Source of the DNA: a virus
Length of the DNA: 64,000 bases
Virus record (IMG/VR): IMGVR_UViG_3300048999_000166
Location: 32,001-96,000 of that record
Direction: 5' to 3' (one strand)
Position numbers and translations under genes: made by a program. The notes beneath the pieces are model-generated. The model searched no databases. It worked only from the letters and a program-made list of their open reading frames with translations, and had not been told where the DNA came from. Of this stretch, positions 33,609 through 42,673 are shown piece by piece (position 1 is the stretch's first letter; the number at the start of each line of letters is the position of its first letter).

Positions 33609-34142
33609 CTAAAACTGCAGCTCAGGCACACCTTCCAGCTCGATGCCGTAGCGTCGGTAGACCTTGACCGTGTTCTCCCCGGTGAGGTCCGTTTCGGAGT
33701 ACCCGAGCAGCCCCGCGACGCGGATCACCTCCGCCTTCGTCGGCGCCTCGATCTCGGCGTAGGGCGGAATGCCCGGCCAGTGGTCCACCTCGACGCTGGC
33801 GCTGCCTACTAGATAGCTGGTGCGACGATTCTCCTGGTAGGCCTTCGCCCGGAACCCCATCATCGTGAGCATCGTGTTGGTGCCCTCGAAGTCACTGACC
33901 TCGATCTCGATCTCGTGAGTACCGTCGATGCCATCGTGCAGGATGTGCTTGACGGTGAGGGTGGCGTTCCCACCGTCGTCGCGCAGCCGGATCCACCGTG
34001 AAGGATCGTCGCGCGCGATGTCGTAGACGTAGCGGCGCATCAAGCGCGTATCCCCGAACCGGTAGCCCCCGTTGTCGTGGATCTTCCGCTCGAACGCGTC
34101 CGGGTCGATGTTCAGGATCTTGGCTTCATGCTCGATTGGCAT
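33609..34142 (-). CDS. CYTH-domain (class IV adenylate cyclase-like) triphosphate tunnel metalloenzyme
   Basis: N-terminal IEHEAK (ExExK), WIRLR, LTVK, EIEIEV, YQENRR, YAEIEA. ATG 34142 has RBS GAAGGAG. Confidence 0.85.
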   Translation of the reverse strand: MPIEHEAKILNIDPDAFERKIHDNGGYRFGDTRLMRRYVYDIARDDPSRWIRLRDDGGNATLTVKHILHDGIDGTHEIEIEVSDFEGTNTMLTMMGFRAKAYQENRRTSYLVGSASVEVDHWPGIPPYAEIEAPTKAEVIRVAGLLGYSETDLTGENTVKVYRRYGIELEGVPELQF

Positions 34143-34171
34143 GATGGTGCTCCTTCGGCTGAGGTTCGTAC

Positions 34172-35236
34172 CTATGCTACCGCTAGGGCGCTGGCTTCGG
34201 TGGTGCGCAGCCCGACGATCTCGTCGGGCAGTGAGCTGGCCAGGAACTCCTCCAGCGGCAGGCAGAGGTCCATCCGCTGAATGCACACCCCGACCTGGTA
34301 GGTGCCCACCCGGTCGACGTAGAGCCGGACCCCGTAGAAGCCCTCCTGGCAGTCCTTGTCGTTGTTGAACCGGCAGCTCGCGCACGTCTCCGGCAGTCGC
34401 ACCGGCCGGATCTCCTTGAAGTAGACGGTGCGCCCGTCGGGCAGCTCGTAGCTGGTGCGCGCGCCCGACACCCCAGCGGTTACGTAGTGGGCCCGCGCGA
34501 CGGCCCCACGCTCGGCGAGGATGGCCTCGATCGCCTCGATGGAGATCGCCCCGTGGTCGAGGGAGTTGAGCAACCGCACGGACAGCTGGGGCGAGTACTC
34601 GTCCAGTAGCCGGTGTACCCGGGCGGCGTGGCTGTGGTCGAGCACCACGATGTTGGCGTCCGCCCGCACCCCGTGCGCCTCGCAGGTAGCGATCGACTCC
34701 TTCAGCGCCGCGATCTTGCGCTCCGCCAGCTCGACGTTACGGAAGCGGGTGTGCTGCACCTCCGCCAGCTCCGCCGCCGTCGTGCCGAAGACCGAGAAGT
34801 TGACCTTACGCAGCCCAGCGGAGGCAGCAGCCGGGATGACCGCCGCACCCCGCTCCCCATTCGAGGTCATCCGCACCCCGTAGCCGGCGTCGGACGCGAG
34901 CTGGGTCAGCTGCGCCAGCGATGGATGCAGCGTGGGCTCACCGCCGGTGAAGTGCACCTCCGACAGATCGAGCGCCTCGCGCAGCGAGGTGAGAGCTTCG
35001 GTGAAGCGCTCGTCGGGCCGCACCACTCCGGGCAGGAACGTGGCGCCATTGGTGGCCGCGTAGATGGACATCCGGCCGCTCGGACCGGCGGTGGTGAAGT
35101 CGCCCACGGGGCGCCGACGGTTGTCGGCGACGACCGGGGTTCCTTCGTTGTGGCAGAACGTGCAGGTGAACCCGCACGGATCGTGGATCTTGATACGGAG
35201 AGTGGCGTCCTTCTCGACGATGGTGGGCAAGTCCAT
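34172..35236 (-). CDS. Radical SAM protein, MoaA-like
   Basis: LRIKIHDPCGFTCTFCHNEG (CxxxCxxC), FTGGEPTL, MTSNG, C-terminal CASC...C..GFYGVRL twitch-like cysteines. Confidence 0.85.
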   Translation of the reverse strand: MDLPTIVEKDATLRIKIHDPCGFTCTFCHNEGTPVVADNRRRPVGDFTTAGPSGRMSIYAATNGATFLPGVVRPDERFTEALTSLREALDLSEVHFTGGEPTLHPSLAQLTQLASDAGYGVRMTSNGERGAAVIPAAASAGLRKVNFSVFGTTAAELAEVQHTRFRNVELAERKIAALKESIATCEAHGVRADANIVVLDHSHAARVHRLLDEYSPQLSVRLLNSLDHGAISIEAIEAILAERGAVARAHYVTAGVSGARTSYELPDGRTVYFKEIRPVRLPETCASCRFNNDKDCQEGFYGVRLYVDRVGTYQVGVCIQRMDLCLPLEEFLASSLPDEIVGLRTTEASALAVA

Positions 35237-35275
35237 GGCTGGGATCCTTTGATCGGTTGATGTGCTGCAGCGCGA

Positions 35276-35308
35276 AGCAACCCCCCGAGCTGTGCTCAGG
35301 GGGTTGCT
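35276..35308 (-). terminator. Hairpin between whiB and the radical SAM gene
   Basis: agcaaccccc..gagc-tgt-gctc..gggggttgct. Confidence 0.5.
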
Positions 35309-35318
35309 CGCCGGGGCG

Positions 35319-35558
35319 CTAGGCGGCTGTCCGCTCCAGTCGAAGCAGCCGGCGCCCATCCGCGGTCACGCCACCCCAGATGCCGACGTCGATGCCCTCA
35401 TCAAGGGCCATCGAGAGGCACTCTTCGCGCACCGGGCATGCCGAGCAGACCGCCAGGGCTTCCTGGGCGAACTCGGGCTTGGTGGACACCGGGAAGAAGA
35501 TCTCCGGGTCGACGCCGGTACGGCAGCTGGCGCGGTGACGCCAGTCAAAGGTGGTCAT
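35319..35558 (-). CDS. whiB: WhiB-family transcription factor
   Basis: WRHRASC...DPEIFFP...AVCSACPVREECL...GIWGG. Confidence 0.92.
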   Translation of the reverse strand: MTTFDWRHRASCRTGVDPEIFFPVSTKPEFAQEALAVCSACPVREECLSMALDEGIDVGIWGGVTADGRRLLRLERTAA

Positions 35559-35632
35559 GTCCCGTCGCTTTCTCGTGAGCAGTGATTCGTGGGCTTGTGA
35601 ATGTTGGGGGCTGCAACCAATTTGCGCAACCC

Positions 35633-36121
35633 TTAAATGCGACCTATGTGACTGATCAGGTTGTCCGCCGGAGGCGCGGGGATGGTGCAGGTCCAGCCAC
35701 TGCGCTTCGAGGTGATCGTGATGTTGCCGCGCGGCCAGATGTAGACGAAGTCGAACTTCGCGCCGTCGTAGCCATGGGTGACCTGCTGAATGCCCCGGGC
35801 ATGGAACGCTCCGTAGACGTCGACCTGGATCGGGTCGGTGCCTGGCGAGCGTACGAAGACCGAGACTCCGTCGCGGGCGTTCGGGTACGCCACCGCCACG
35901 CTGGCGGCGCAGGTACCCGCTGCTCGGGCCGGGGTAGCGGATGCCCGAGTCGAGTCTTCGTAGCGAACTATTCCGTAGGCCGCGACCACGAGCCCCGCCG
36001 CGATCACCCCGATGATGGCGGCCAGGGTGAGCAGCACGCCCCAGTTGATCCGCTGTTTCGGCAGAGACTTGGCTGCCGGAACGGGAAAGGGCGGCGGGGC
36101 GTCGAGGGTCAGGTTCGTCAT
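35633..36121 (-). CDS. Membrane-anchored hypothetical protein
   Basis: ATG 36121 with RBS AGGAG; one TM segment (WGVLLTLAAIIGVIAAGLVVAAY). Confidence 0.6.
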   Translation of the reverse strand: MTNLTLDAPPPFPVPAAKSLPKQRINWGVLLTLAAIIGVIAAGLVVAAYGIVRYEDSTRASATPARAAGTCAASVAVAYPNARDGVSVFVRSPGTDPIQVDVYGAFHARGIQQVTHGYDGAKFDFVYIWPRGNITITSKRSGWTCTIPAPPADNLISHIGRI

Positions 36122-36133
36122 GGTCTGGCTCCT

Positions 36134-36155
36134 GGTGAGTGTAATGAGTGTTTTG
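36134..36155 (-). promoter_or_regulatory. Conserved 5' leader motif copy 1 (CAAAACACTCATTACACTCACC)
   Basis: 21/22 identical to 39566-39587; upstream TAGTGT is a -10-like hexamer. Confidence 0.6.
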
Positions 36156-36464
36156 CTCGTTTCTACACTACACAACAAGAGCCCCGCGCGGTACATTCCC
36201 TCCATGGCAGAGATGCTGCGTGCCAGCCGCTACCAGGGCTGGAAGGCGTGTCCGTGTCGGTACTGCCGACGCGAACGCCCCGGCGGTGACGCACGCGCTC
36301 GCCGGGCCGCTCGCGCTCACGAGAACAGCGACTGGCGGCGTGAGGTCGTCAGCGACCTCGGTCCAGGCACACGTTGCAGATGACCTGACCCCGCCGGATG
36401 AGGCGCCCGCACTCCGCGCACTGCTCGAACCCGAACTTGTGCAGCAGCCCGACCCACCAGCGGC

Positions 36465-37256
36465 TCATCGTCGGTCCCAGGGCGCGACACCCGCGTTGTA
36501 GGTCAGGCCCTCCCAGACGTACACCGGGACGTTGGTGGGCACGATCCGACCGGCGCACAGATCCTTCGCGGCCAGGGTCTGCGCGATCAGCGGCACCGCG
36601 GTGACCGCGGCCTGATCGGCGTCGTGCATCAGGATCACGTCACCGGCCTTCATGCCGGCGACCACCTTCGTCGTCTGGGCAGCGGTCTCCCCGTCGACCC
36701 AGTCATCGGGGTCAGTCGTCCAGATGACCTCGGTGAGCCCCTGGCTAGCCGCGATTGTCCGGATGCCCGGGTTGGTGTCGCCGTAGGGCGGTCGGAACAG
36801 CGTCGGGGTGTAGCCGGTGGCCGCCTTGATCTGATCGACGGTGGACGAGATCTGCCAGTTGATGACGTCGGGGCTCAGCGTCGGAAGGTGCGGGTGGTCC
36901 CAGGTGTGCACCCCGATCTCCATGCCGGCGTGGCGCACATAGGCCGCGTAGCCTGGAGTGTCGCGCACCTTGTAGCCGATCATGAAGAAGGTCGCGTGCA
37001 GCCCGTTGCGCTTGAGCGCATCCACCAGCGGCTGGGTGAACTCGGTCGGTCCGTCGTCGTAGGTGATTCCGACGTAGCCCTTGCACACCGGCGCCGTCAC
37101 CGTGTGGATGACCACCGGCGCCGTCTCGACGGCCAGGTTCGGCCGCAGCGTCTTGAGCGCGACCACGAACATGCTCGACGTCAGCACCACCGCCGTCACG
37201 AGCACGATGGCGACCATCCACGCCGAGTGCGGACCCCAACGTTGCTTCATGATCAC
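36465..37256 (-). CDS. Polysaccharide deacetylase (CE4/NodB family), membrane-anchored
   Basis: ITYDDGP, HATFF, HTWDHPHL, LFRPPYG, WTTDPDDW, VILMHD. Confidence 0.9.
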   Translation of the reverse strand: MIMKQRWGPHSAWMVAIVLVTAVVLTSSMFVVALKTLRPNLAVETAPVVIHTVTAPVCKGYVGITYDDGPTEFTQPLVDALKRNGLHATFFMIGYKVRDTPGYAAYVRHAGMEIGVHTWDHPHLPTLSPDVINWQISSTVDQIKAATGYTPTLFRPPYGDTNPGIRTIAASQGLTEVIWTTDPDDWVDGETAAQTTKVVAGMKAGDVILMHDADQAAVTAVPLIAQTLAAKDLCAGRIVPTNVPVYVWEGLTYNAGVAPWDRR

Positions 37257-38284
37257 TCCCTGTGTCGAAGCGAGAGCTGGTGGCGGTAGGCCTCCAGGGC
37301 GCGGGGAGCGTCCCCGATCGGGAGCCGAGTACCGGTCACGTCATCATCGAAGTAGCCGGAGTAGCTGACCTTGTTGTTGGCCAGGATGGTGGAGATCCCA
37401 TCCACGAACTGCGGGTTGTCGCCACCGCCCGGAGCGGCTGGGCGGTCCATCGGGACGAGCCCCCACTCCGGGATCGAGATCGGTTTGTGGTGGGCGGCGG
37501 CGAACGCGATCATGACCGCCGGTCCGTTGGCGCGCGCGTACTCCTGGTCCCACCGAGCGAGATCGCCAGAGGGTGCGCCGGCTGTCATCTGATCGAGGTC
37601 GTAGAAGTCGAAGCCGATGATGTCCACGACATCATCGCCGGGGTAGTACCAGTCGAGCGGGACGTTGTCGAAGCCCGCCGCCACATTCCAGTCGAAGACG
37701 AAGGAACTGTTCGGGACCGCCTTCATGGCCAGCGCCGCGTGTCGCCATCCCGCGACCCACTGGCGCTGCGCCGCTCCGGTATCCCCGAACCAGTAGCGCT
37801 GCCAGTTCCCGTTGCCCTCGTGGGCGAGACGGATCACCGAGTCCCCCATGCCCGCCTTGACCAGCTCGACGCCGAGCGCGGTGAAGTAGCTGTCGTACTC
37901 ACCAGCCGCGGCCCTGGACCGCCAGTCCGGCGGTGCGTTCTCCGGCACGAACCCGGGCGAGATCACGACGCGGCGGTTGGGGTCGGCCTTCTTCCAGCTG
38001 ACCCAGTCCTGGTCGCCCTTCGAGGTGGTGAACCAGGGGTGCGACCAGTTGTCCCAGCTCGTTGCCTCGTCGTTGAACAACATCGAACAGTCGTAGTCGT
38101 GCCCGACGAGGTGCCCCAGGTTGGCCAAGCGACTCACCGAGTGCTGGCTGTAGGCGCAGTAGCGTCCGGTAGCGGTGGTCCAGCCGCTACCGGACGCCCA
38201 CGCCGACGTGGTCAGCACCAGGGCCGCCGCAAGGGCCACCGTGATCGCCGCCCAGAGTCCATGGCGACGAGTAATGCCGTACAT
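37253..38284 (-). CDS. Secreted glycoside hydrolase family 26-like protein
   Basis: Signal peptide; IRLAHEGNGNW, WYYPGDDVVDIIGFDFYD, HKPISIPEWG. Confidence 0.8.
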   Translation of the reverse strand: MYGITRRHGLWAAITVALAAALVLTTSAWASGSGWTTATGRYCAYSQHSVSRLANLGHLVGHDYDCSMLFNDEATSWDNWSHPWFTTSKGDQDWVSWKKADPNRRVVISPGFVPENAPPDWRSRAAAGEYDSYFTALGVELVKAGMGDSVIRLAHEGNGNWQRYWFGDTGAAQRQWVAGWRHAALAMKAVPNSSFVFDWNVAAGFDNVPLDWYYPGDDVVDIIGFDFYDLDQMTAGAPSGDLARWDQEYARANGPAVMIAFAAAHHKPISIPEWGLVPMDRPAAPGGGDNPQFVDGISTILANNKVSYSGYFDDDVTGTRLPIGDAPRALEAYRHQLSLRHRE

Positions 38285-38313
38285 GGGGTTCCCCTCATGA
38301 TCAGATCGGGAGA

Positions 38314-38472
38314 TCAGGGCCGCGGGTGGTCGCCGGAGGGCCGCACGAGCTGGTACATGGAGATCAGCACGAACGCGACCGTGATCGCGGCGAAGACCAT
38401 CCAGACCGAGTCGAGCAACAGGTTCGCGCCCGCTCCGGCGGGTAGTGCCATAGCGCTCTTCTGGCCGTACAT
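38314..38472 (-). CDS. Small membrane peptide (52 aa)
   Basis: ATG overlaps the GT2 TGA; MYGQKSAMALP...VWMVFAAITVAFVLISMY. Confidence 0.55.
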   Translation of the reverse strand: MYGQKSAMALPAGAGANLLLDSVWMVFAAITVAFVLISMYQLVRPSGDHPRP

Positions 38473-39542
38473 CAGCGATCAACTCCTTCAGCTACGTACT
38501 GCATGGCCCAGCGGTCCTTGCGCCGTCGGGTAACTCGGCTGGTCAGTACCGAGCACCACGCGGCGAGGAACCAACCAGCCCTCAACCACGCGAAGAACTC
38601 CTGGGGCAACAGCAGCGCCGCGAGCAGTACGTCGCGGCGGTCCCGGTGCGGGATCCGCAGCGCCTGCTTGACGTCGTTAGCGATGAAGAACGCCGGGGCG
38701 ACCAGCCAGAGCCAGGCCATGTGCAATGACCCGTTGGCCAGCGCCAACAGCGTGAAAGCCACCCAGCTGACCCGAACCGCCGCGGCGAGCATCCCGGCGG
38801 CCTGTTGCCGCCAGTCGGTGTAGGTCAGCTTGGTGACGCCGAAGGACAGCAAGTCCTCGACAGTCCCGACCTGCCACTTCATCCGCTGCGCCCACAACGA
38901 GCGCACTGTGCGCATCGCATCGGTGTAGGCGCGGACGGTGGGCGAGATGTGGCAGTGGTAGCCGAGTTGCCGGATCCGGTAGGTCAGCTCGAAGTCCTCC
39001 ACCATGCTGGCGTAGGTCCACGGGCCCTCCCGGTCTGCGCGGTACGCGATCTCGCGTAGCGCCGCGTTCCGGATGACGCAGCCGGTGCCCGCCAGCACGC
39101 TGGTCCAGCGCCTGCGCAGTCCGGTGTCCGTCCACTTGGAGAACTCGGCACGCTGCAGCCTGACGAGCAGGCCGGTTCCGAGCATCGTGAATTTTGATGA
39201 AGAGCCACCGAGGTAGGGGTCGGCGGCGAACTCGGACTCCCAGTCGCGCACCGCGTGCGGCGGCAACTCGGTGTCGGCGTCGAGGCACATCACCAGGTCG
39301 GCGTCACGGCACGTGGCGTGCCAGGCCATGTTGAGCGCACCCGACTTGCGGTGGAGGTTTCCGACGGTCTTGAACACCGTGACCAGCGAAAACTCGGACG
39401 CGCGCTCGAAGGTGTCGTCGGTGCAGTTGTCCGCGATGACGACGATCTTGTCGGGGATGCGCTCCTGCGCGAGCAGCGCTCGCAGGGTCGCTTCGATGGA
39501 TCCGGCCTCATTATGGGCAGGGATCAGCGCAACGATCTTCAT
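38472..39542 (-). CDS. Processive GT2 glycosyltransferase (synthase-like)
   Basis: PAHNE, DNCTD, KSGALN, CLDAD (DxD), VEDFELT, QRMKW (QxxRW-like), C-terminal TM helices. Confidence 0.88.
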   Translation of the reverse strand: MKIVALIPAHNEAGSIEATLRALLAQERIPDKIVVIADNCTDDTFERASEFSLVTVFKTVGNLHRKSGALNMAWHATCRDADLVMCLDADTELPPHAVRDWESEFAADPYLGGSSSKFTMLGTGLLVRLQRAEFSKWTDTGLRRRWTSVLAGTGCVIRNAALREIAYRADREGPWTYASMVEDFELTYRIRQLGYHCHISPTVRAYTDAMRTVRSLWAQRMKWQVGTVEDLLSFGVTKLTYTDWRQQAAGMLAAAVRVSWVAFTLLALANGSLHMAWLWLVAPAFFIANDVKQALRIPHRDRRDVLLAALLLPQEFFAWLRAGWFLAAWCSVLTSRVTRRRKDRWAMQYVAEGVDR

Positions 39543-39565
39543 GGTGATCGGTGTCCCGGGGGTCA

Positions 39566-39587
39566 GGTGAGTGTAATGAGTGTCTTG
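39566..39587 (-). promoter_or_regulatory. Conserved 5' leader motif copy 2
   Basis: CAAGACACTCATTACACTCACC, downstream of a TACTGT -10-like hexamer, upstream of the GT2 ATG. Confidence 0.6.
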
Positions 39588-39642
39588 GTGGTTTGCATGC
39601 CTACAGTAGCACGAGGATGGGTAATTTAATTCCCATCTGGTC

Positions 39643-40434
39643 CTACCGGCCTAGCAGTACTGCTCCAGCGAACTCCGGGGCGCGACCGCGATGCACGTTG
39701 GCGATCCGCACGAAGTTCTGCTCGTCGGTCATCAGCGCCAACATCTGCGCCAACGCGACGTCTTGATCAGGTAACCACTGCTCACTCATGCTGGGGTGGG
39801 CGCACAGCCTGCCCGCAGCCTCACCTCGTTCATCCAGGTACACCACGTTGCCGGCGTTACCGCGCTCGATGCGGTAGCGGTTGCCCTCCGACCCGGTGCA
39901 CACGAAGTGACCTTCAGCTTCGTACTCCGCCCGCTGCTCGGGGGTCAAGAACTCCATCAAGGTGTTACGCGCTCGTGTCCGAGCGGCCTCCTGCGCGGCG
40001 ATGCGCGCGGTGCGCTCCTCGTTCTGCCGCAGGATGCGCGCGGCGCGGGCCGCCTCTTCCTCGGGGGTGCGCACGCGAGGAGGGTCGTAGTAAGGGACCT
40101 GGAGCGGCGGGGGGTCGTAGAAGATGGTGTTATTGCCGGTGCCCATGGTCGTCCCCCAGGTGACGTTGGCGAGGTTGCCGAACGCGGTGGTCGCGGTGGT
40201 GATGGCGCCGGAGAACCCCTGCATCGCGGTGGCCAACGAGTAGGTCACCGTGGAACCGGCGTTCTGCCAGTCGGTCCACTCCACGCCTCCGGCGGTCAGT
40301 CGCCGTACGCCCCACGCCCGCTCGGCGAGCTGTTCGGTGCGCCGGGCGAGCCGCGGGCCAGGCTCGTCAGCAGGATGAAGCGGCGCCCGTACCAATGGGT
40401 ACGAGCGCCGCTTCATCACCCTACGAGGGGGCAT
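39643..40434 (-). CDS. Hypothetical protein, paralog of 63274-63750
   Basis: C-terminal GHFVCTGSEGNRYRIERG...LCAHP...DVALAQMLALMTDE. Confidence 0.65.
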   Translation of the reverse strand: MPPRRVMKRRSYPLVRAPLHPADEPGPRLARRTEQLAERAWGVRRLTAGGVEWTDWQNAGSTVTYSLATAMQGFSGAITTATTAFGNLANVTWGTTMGTGNNTIFYDPPPLQVPYYDPPRVRTPEEEAARAARILRQNEERTARIAAQEAARTRARNTLMEFLTPEQRAEYEAEGHFVCTGSEGNRYRIERGNAGNVVYLDERGEAAGRLCAHPSMSEQWLPDQDVALAQMLALMTDEQNFVRIANVHRGRAPEFAGAVLLGR

Positions 40435-40443
40435 CGTGAGTTC

Positions 40444-40662
40444 CTACCGGGCCCGACGTTCCTGGACCCACCGAACGACGTCGCGGGTGCAGTACCAGGC
40501 GAGGAATGCCACCCCTCCGAGGCACAGCAAGACCCCGATCAGGTGCACCAGCGGTGCCGCGATCAGCACGAGAAAGCCGAGAACGAGCGCACCTACGCCC
40601 ATGAGGGTCGGGATGTCGAGCAGCTTGCGGGAGTAGGACTTCGAAGGCTGGGGCTCACTCAT
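40444..40662 (-). CDS. Small 2-TM membrane protein
   Basis: Two hydrophobic stretches. Confidence 0.55.
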   Translation of the reverse strand: MSEPQPSKSYSRKLLDIPTLMGVGALVLGFLVLIAAPLVHLIGVLLCLGGVAFLAWYCTRDVVRWVQERRAR

Positions 40663-40665
40663 CTC

Positions 40666-40893
40666 TCAGCCACCCACAAGCTGCGGGCTCATCAGGATGC
40701 GCTCCGCGTCCGGGTCGAAGTTGCGCAGCAGCTCACCGCGTGAACCGTCCGTGCGCGTCTTGTAGGCCAGATAGCGCTTCGCCTTGTGCTCGTCGAAGTT
40801 CTTCCGGGCCAGCTCGACCTCGGTGGCGTTGTTCTTGTCCCACTCGATCCGGGTGTCCCCGGTGTTGTTCTGGATCAGCAGTGTGCTCGTCAC
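40666..40893 (-). CDS. Hypothetical protein
   Basis: 75 aa, overlaps the phosphoesterase stop. Confidence 0.6.
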   Translation of the reverse strand: MTSTLLIQNNTGDTRIEWDKNNATEVELARKNFDEHKAKRYLAYKTRTDGSRGELLRNFDPDAERILMSPQLVGG

Positions 40894-41486
40894 GCGCTCT
40901 CCTTCATTGGTTGCTCGGCGGAGCGGAAAGCCTCCACCAACTCATCGAGGTGCATGGGGGTGAAGTCCCGCACGTCTACCCCGACGTTGACCTGTCGGCC
41001 GCTCTTGGCCCACGCGTCGTGGACGTGTCCGTGGGCCAGCCACAGCCCGTCGTCGCGCAGCCGGTACTGGTTGTAGCGTTCCTGGCTGGTGTGGTCGCCC
41101 GCATAGGGGAAGTGGCTGAGCATGATGTTCTGGTTGCCGTCGAGGCGGCGCCGCGCGTAGGTCTGCACGGAGTCGAAGAACGACATCCACAGCCCGATGT
41201 GCTTGTAGGCGTCGCGCTCGCCTGACCAGCACTTATCGTGGTTGCCCGCGATCAAGTGCTTGCTGCCGTTGCACCGGGAGATCTTCTCTAGGATCCCCAT
41301 CTCCGAGCCCATCCCGACGTCACCGAGGTGCCATACCTGATCGTCGTGCTTGACGACCTTGTTCCAGTTCTCGATCAGGGTCTCGTCGTGCTCCTCGATG
41401 GTGGCGAACGGCCGCCAACCCTTGCCGGTGGCCGCCATCGCTCGGTGCCCGAAGTGGCTGTCCGCGGTGAACCAGACGTTGCTCAT
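40890..41486 (-). CDS. Calcineurin-like metallophosphoesterase
   Basis: DSHFGH, LGDVG, GNHD, SHFP, HGHVH. Confidence 0.88.
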   Translation of the reverse strand: MSNVWFTADSHFGHRAMAATGKGWRPFATIEEHDETLIENWNKVVKHDDQVWHLGDVGMGSEMGILEKISRCNGSKHLIAGNHDKCWSGERDAYKHIGLWMSFFDSVQTYARRRLDGNQNIMLSHFPYAGDHTSQERYNQYRLRDDGLWLAHGHVHDAWAKSGRQVNVGVDVRDFTPMHLDELVEAFRSAEQPMKESA

Positions 41487-41647
41487 TCGTCGTCCTTCAG
41501 ACTTTCGAGGAGCTGCTGGTGCTCCTCCTCAGTGAGGCAACCCGGCCACCGGCACGGGTTGGAACACACGTGGTCGAGCGGCACGAACAGATCGAGTGAC
41601 TGCGTGCAGTCCCGGTGGCAGCCGCACTCGTCGCGCTTGTCCTTCAC
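41483..41647 (-). CDS. Small Cys/His-rich protein
   Basis: GTG start overlapping the upstream stop; CGCHRDC...HVCSNPC..PGC. Confidence 0.5.
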   Translation of the reverse strand: MKDKRDECGCHRDCTQSLDLFVPLDHVCSNPCRWPGCLTEEEHQQLLESLKDDE

Positions 41648-41925
41648 CAGTGCTTGTTGTCGTCGCGCATCTGCTCACCCCCTCGCGGGGCCTGGTACAT
41701 GTCCGGGATGCCGTCGAACGTGGCGCTCTCCTCGATCGCGGGCTGGATCGCCACCACACGATCGACCGACAGGAACTCATCGTCGTCATCGTCAGCGAAC
41801 GTGGTCGGCTCCTCGGCGTAGTGCTGCTCGTCGAGAGCCTCGGCTGCCTGGCGTCGCTTCCAGTAGATCGCTGCGGCGATCGCTACCGCGAGGAGTACGA
41901 CGATTCCGATGATGATGACCGTCAT
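41644..41925 (-). CDS. Single-TM acidic protein
   Basis: ATG 41925; MTVIIIGIVVLLAVAIAAAIYWKRR. Confidence 0.55.
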   Translation of the reverse strand: MTVIIIGIVVLLAVAIAAAIYWKRRQAAEALDEQHYAEEPTTFADDDDDEFLSVDRVVAIQPAIEESATFDGIPDMYQAPRGGEQMRDDNKHW

Positions 41926-41938
41926 GAGACGTCCTTCG

Positions 41939-42148
41939 TCAGGCGCTGAGCGCGTAGGTATTCGGGTTGGCGATGTGCGGTGCACCGTCGGCGTTACACG
42001 TGATCCGACCGGACGCGACGTGCTTCCACCAGGCGACACCGTCGTTGTTGGATGAGGAGAAGGTGGTAATGACACACCGGCAGTGTCGGCAACGCTGGCG
42101 GGGGTGCGGCTGGCCGAGCGCCTCGTTGTACTGCGCAGACTTGGACAC
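41939..42148 (-). CDS. Small Cys-containing protein
   Basis: GTG 42148 with RBS AAGGAG; CRHC...C motif. Confidence 0.5.
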   Translation of the reverse strand: MSKSAQYNEALGQPHPRQRCRHCRCVITTFSSSNNDGVAWWKHVASGRITCNADGAPHIANPNTYALSA

Positions 42149-42256
42149 GGGACTCCTTGGCTGGGGGCGTGAGTTGTGAGTATTGAGTGTCTTGCTGCAG
42201 TTCGCAACCATCATATCGGTCGTTACATTCCCATGCGGTCGGTAGGGTAGCGCGCC

Positions 42257-42673
42257 ATGGGCAGCAAGAAGTACAAGGGCTGGGACACGAAGCCCAAGCT
42301 CGACGAGGCCCGGGTCATCGCTCCCGAGGCTCCCCCCACTCCCCGCGCCAAGAAGGACCGTCGCCGCTGGTGCAAGGGCAAGGTCGGCGTCGATCACAAG
42401 CTGGTCATCCAGAAGAGCAAGAACAGCCACTACGCGCGGGTCCGCTGCGGTTGGCAGTGCGAGCACCACTGGATGGCGTTCCTGCACGGGAAGCGTTGGA
42501 CGGCGACCGGTGAGGCGTTCTGGTCGTGCCGCCACCAACGCGCCTGTGTCAACTGCGGGAAGATCTTGGAGCACTACGGCGTCGGGCGTGAGTGCCCCGA
42601 CTGGACGCCGAAGCCCGAGAAGCTGGTCTGCGACTGCTGGTCGTGCACGCACCGCTACGCCAAACAGACGTAA
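42257..42673 (+). CDS. Basic Cys/His/Trp-rich hypothetical protein
   Basis: 138 aa; WCKG, CVNCG, CDCWSC. Confidence 0.6.
   Translation: MGSKKYKGWDTKPKLDEARVIAPEAPPTPRAKKDRRRWCKGKVGVDHKLVIQKSKNSHYARVRCGWQCEHHWMAFLHGKRWTATGEAFWSCRHQRACVNCGKILEHYGVGRECPDWTPKPEKLVCDCWSCTHRYAKQT

Noticed and set aside
32138-33812. Short ORFs over the array (e.g. 32546-32779, 32786-33043, 33079-33273, 33188-33379, 33453-33812)
   Set aside because: No RBS, no GC3 bias and no recognisable motifs; the region is explained by structured RNA.
34172-35236. Prokaryotic viperin assignment for the radical SAM protein
   Set aside because: The N-terminal LRIKIHDPC pattern and C-terminal Cys cluster look MoaA/twitch-like rather than viperin-like. 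A phylogeny is needed to exclude it fully.
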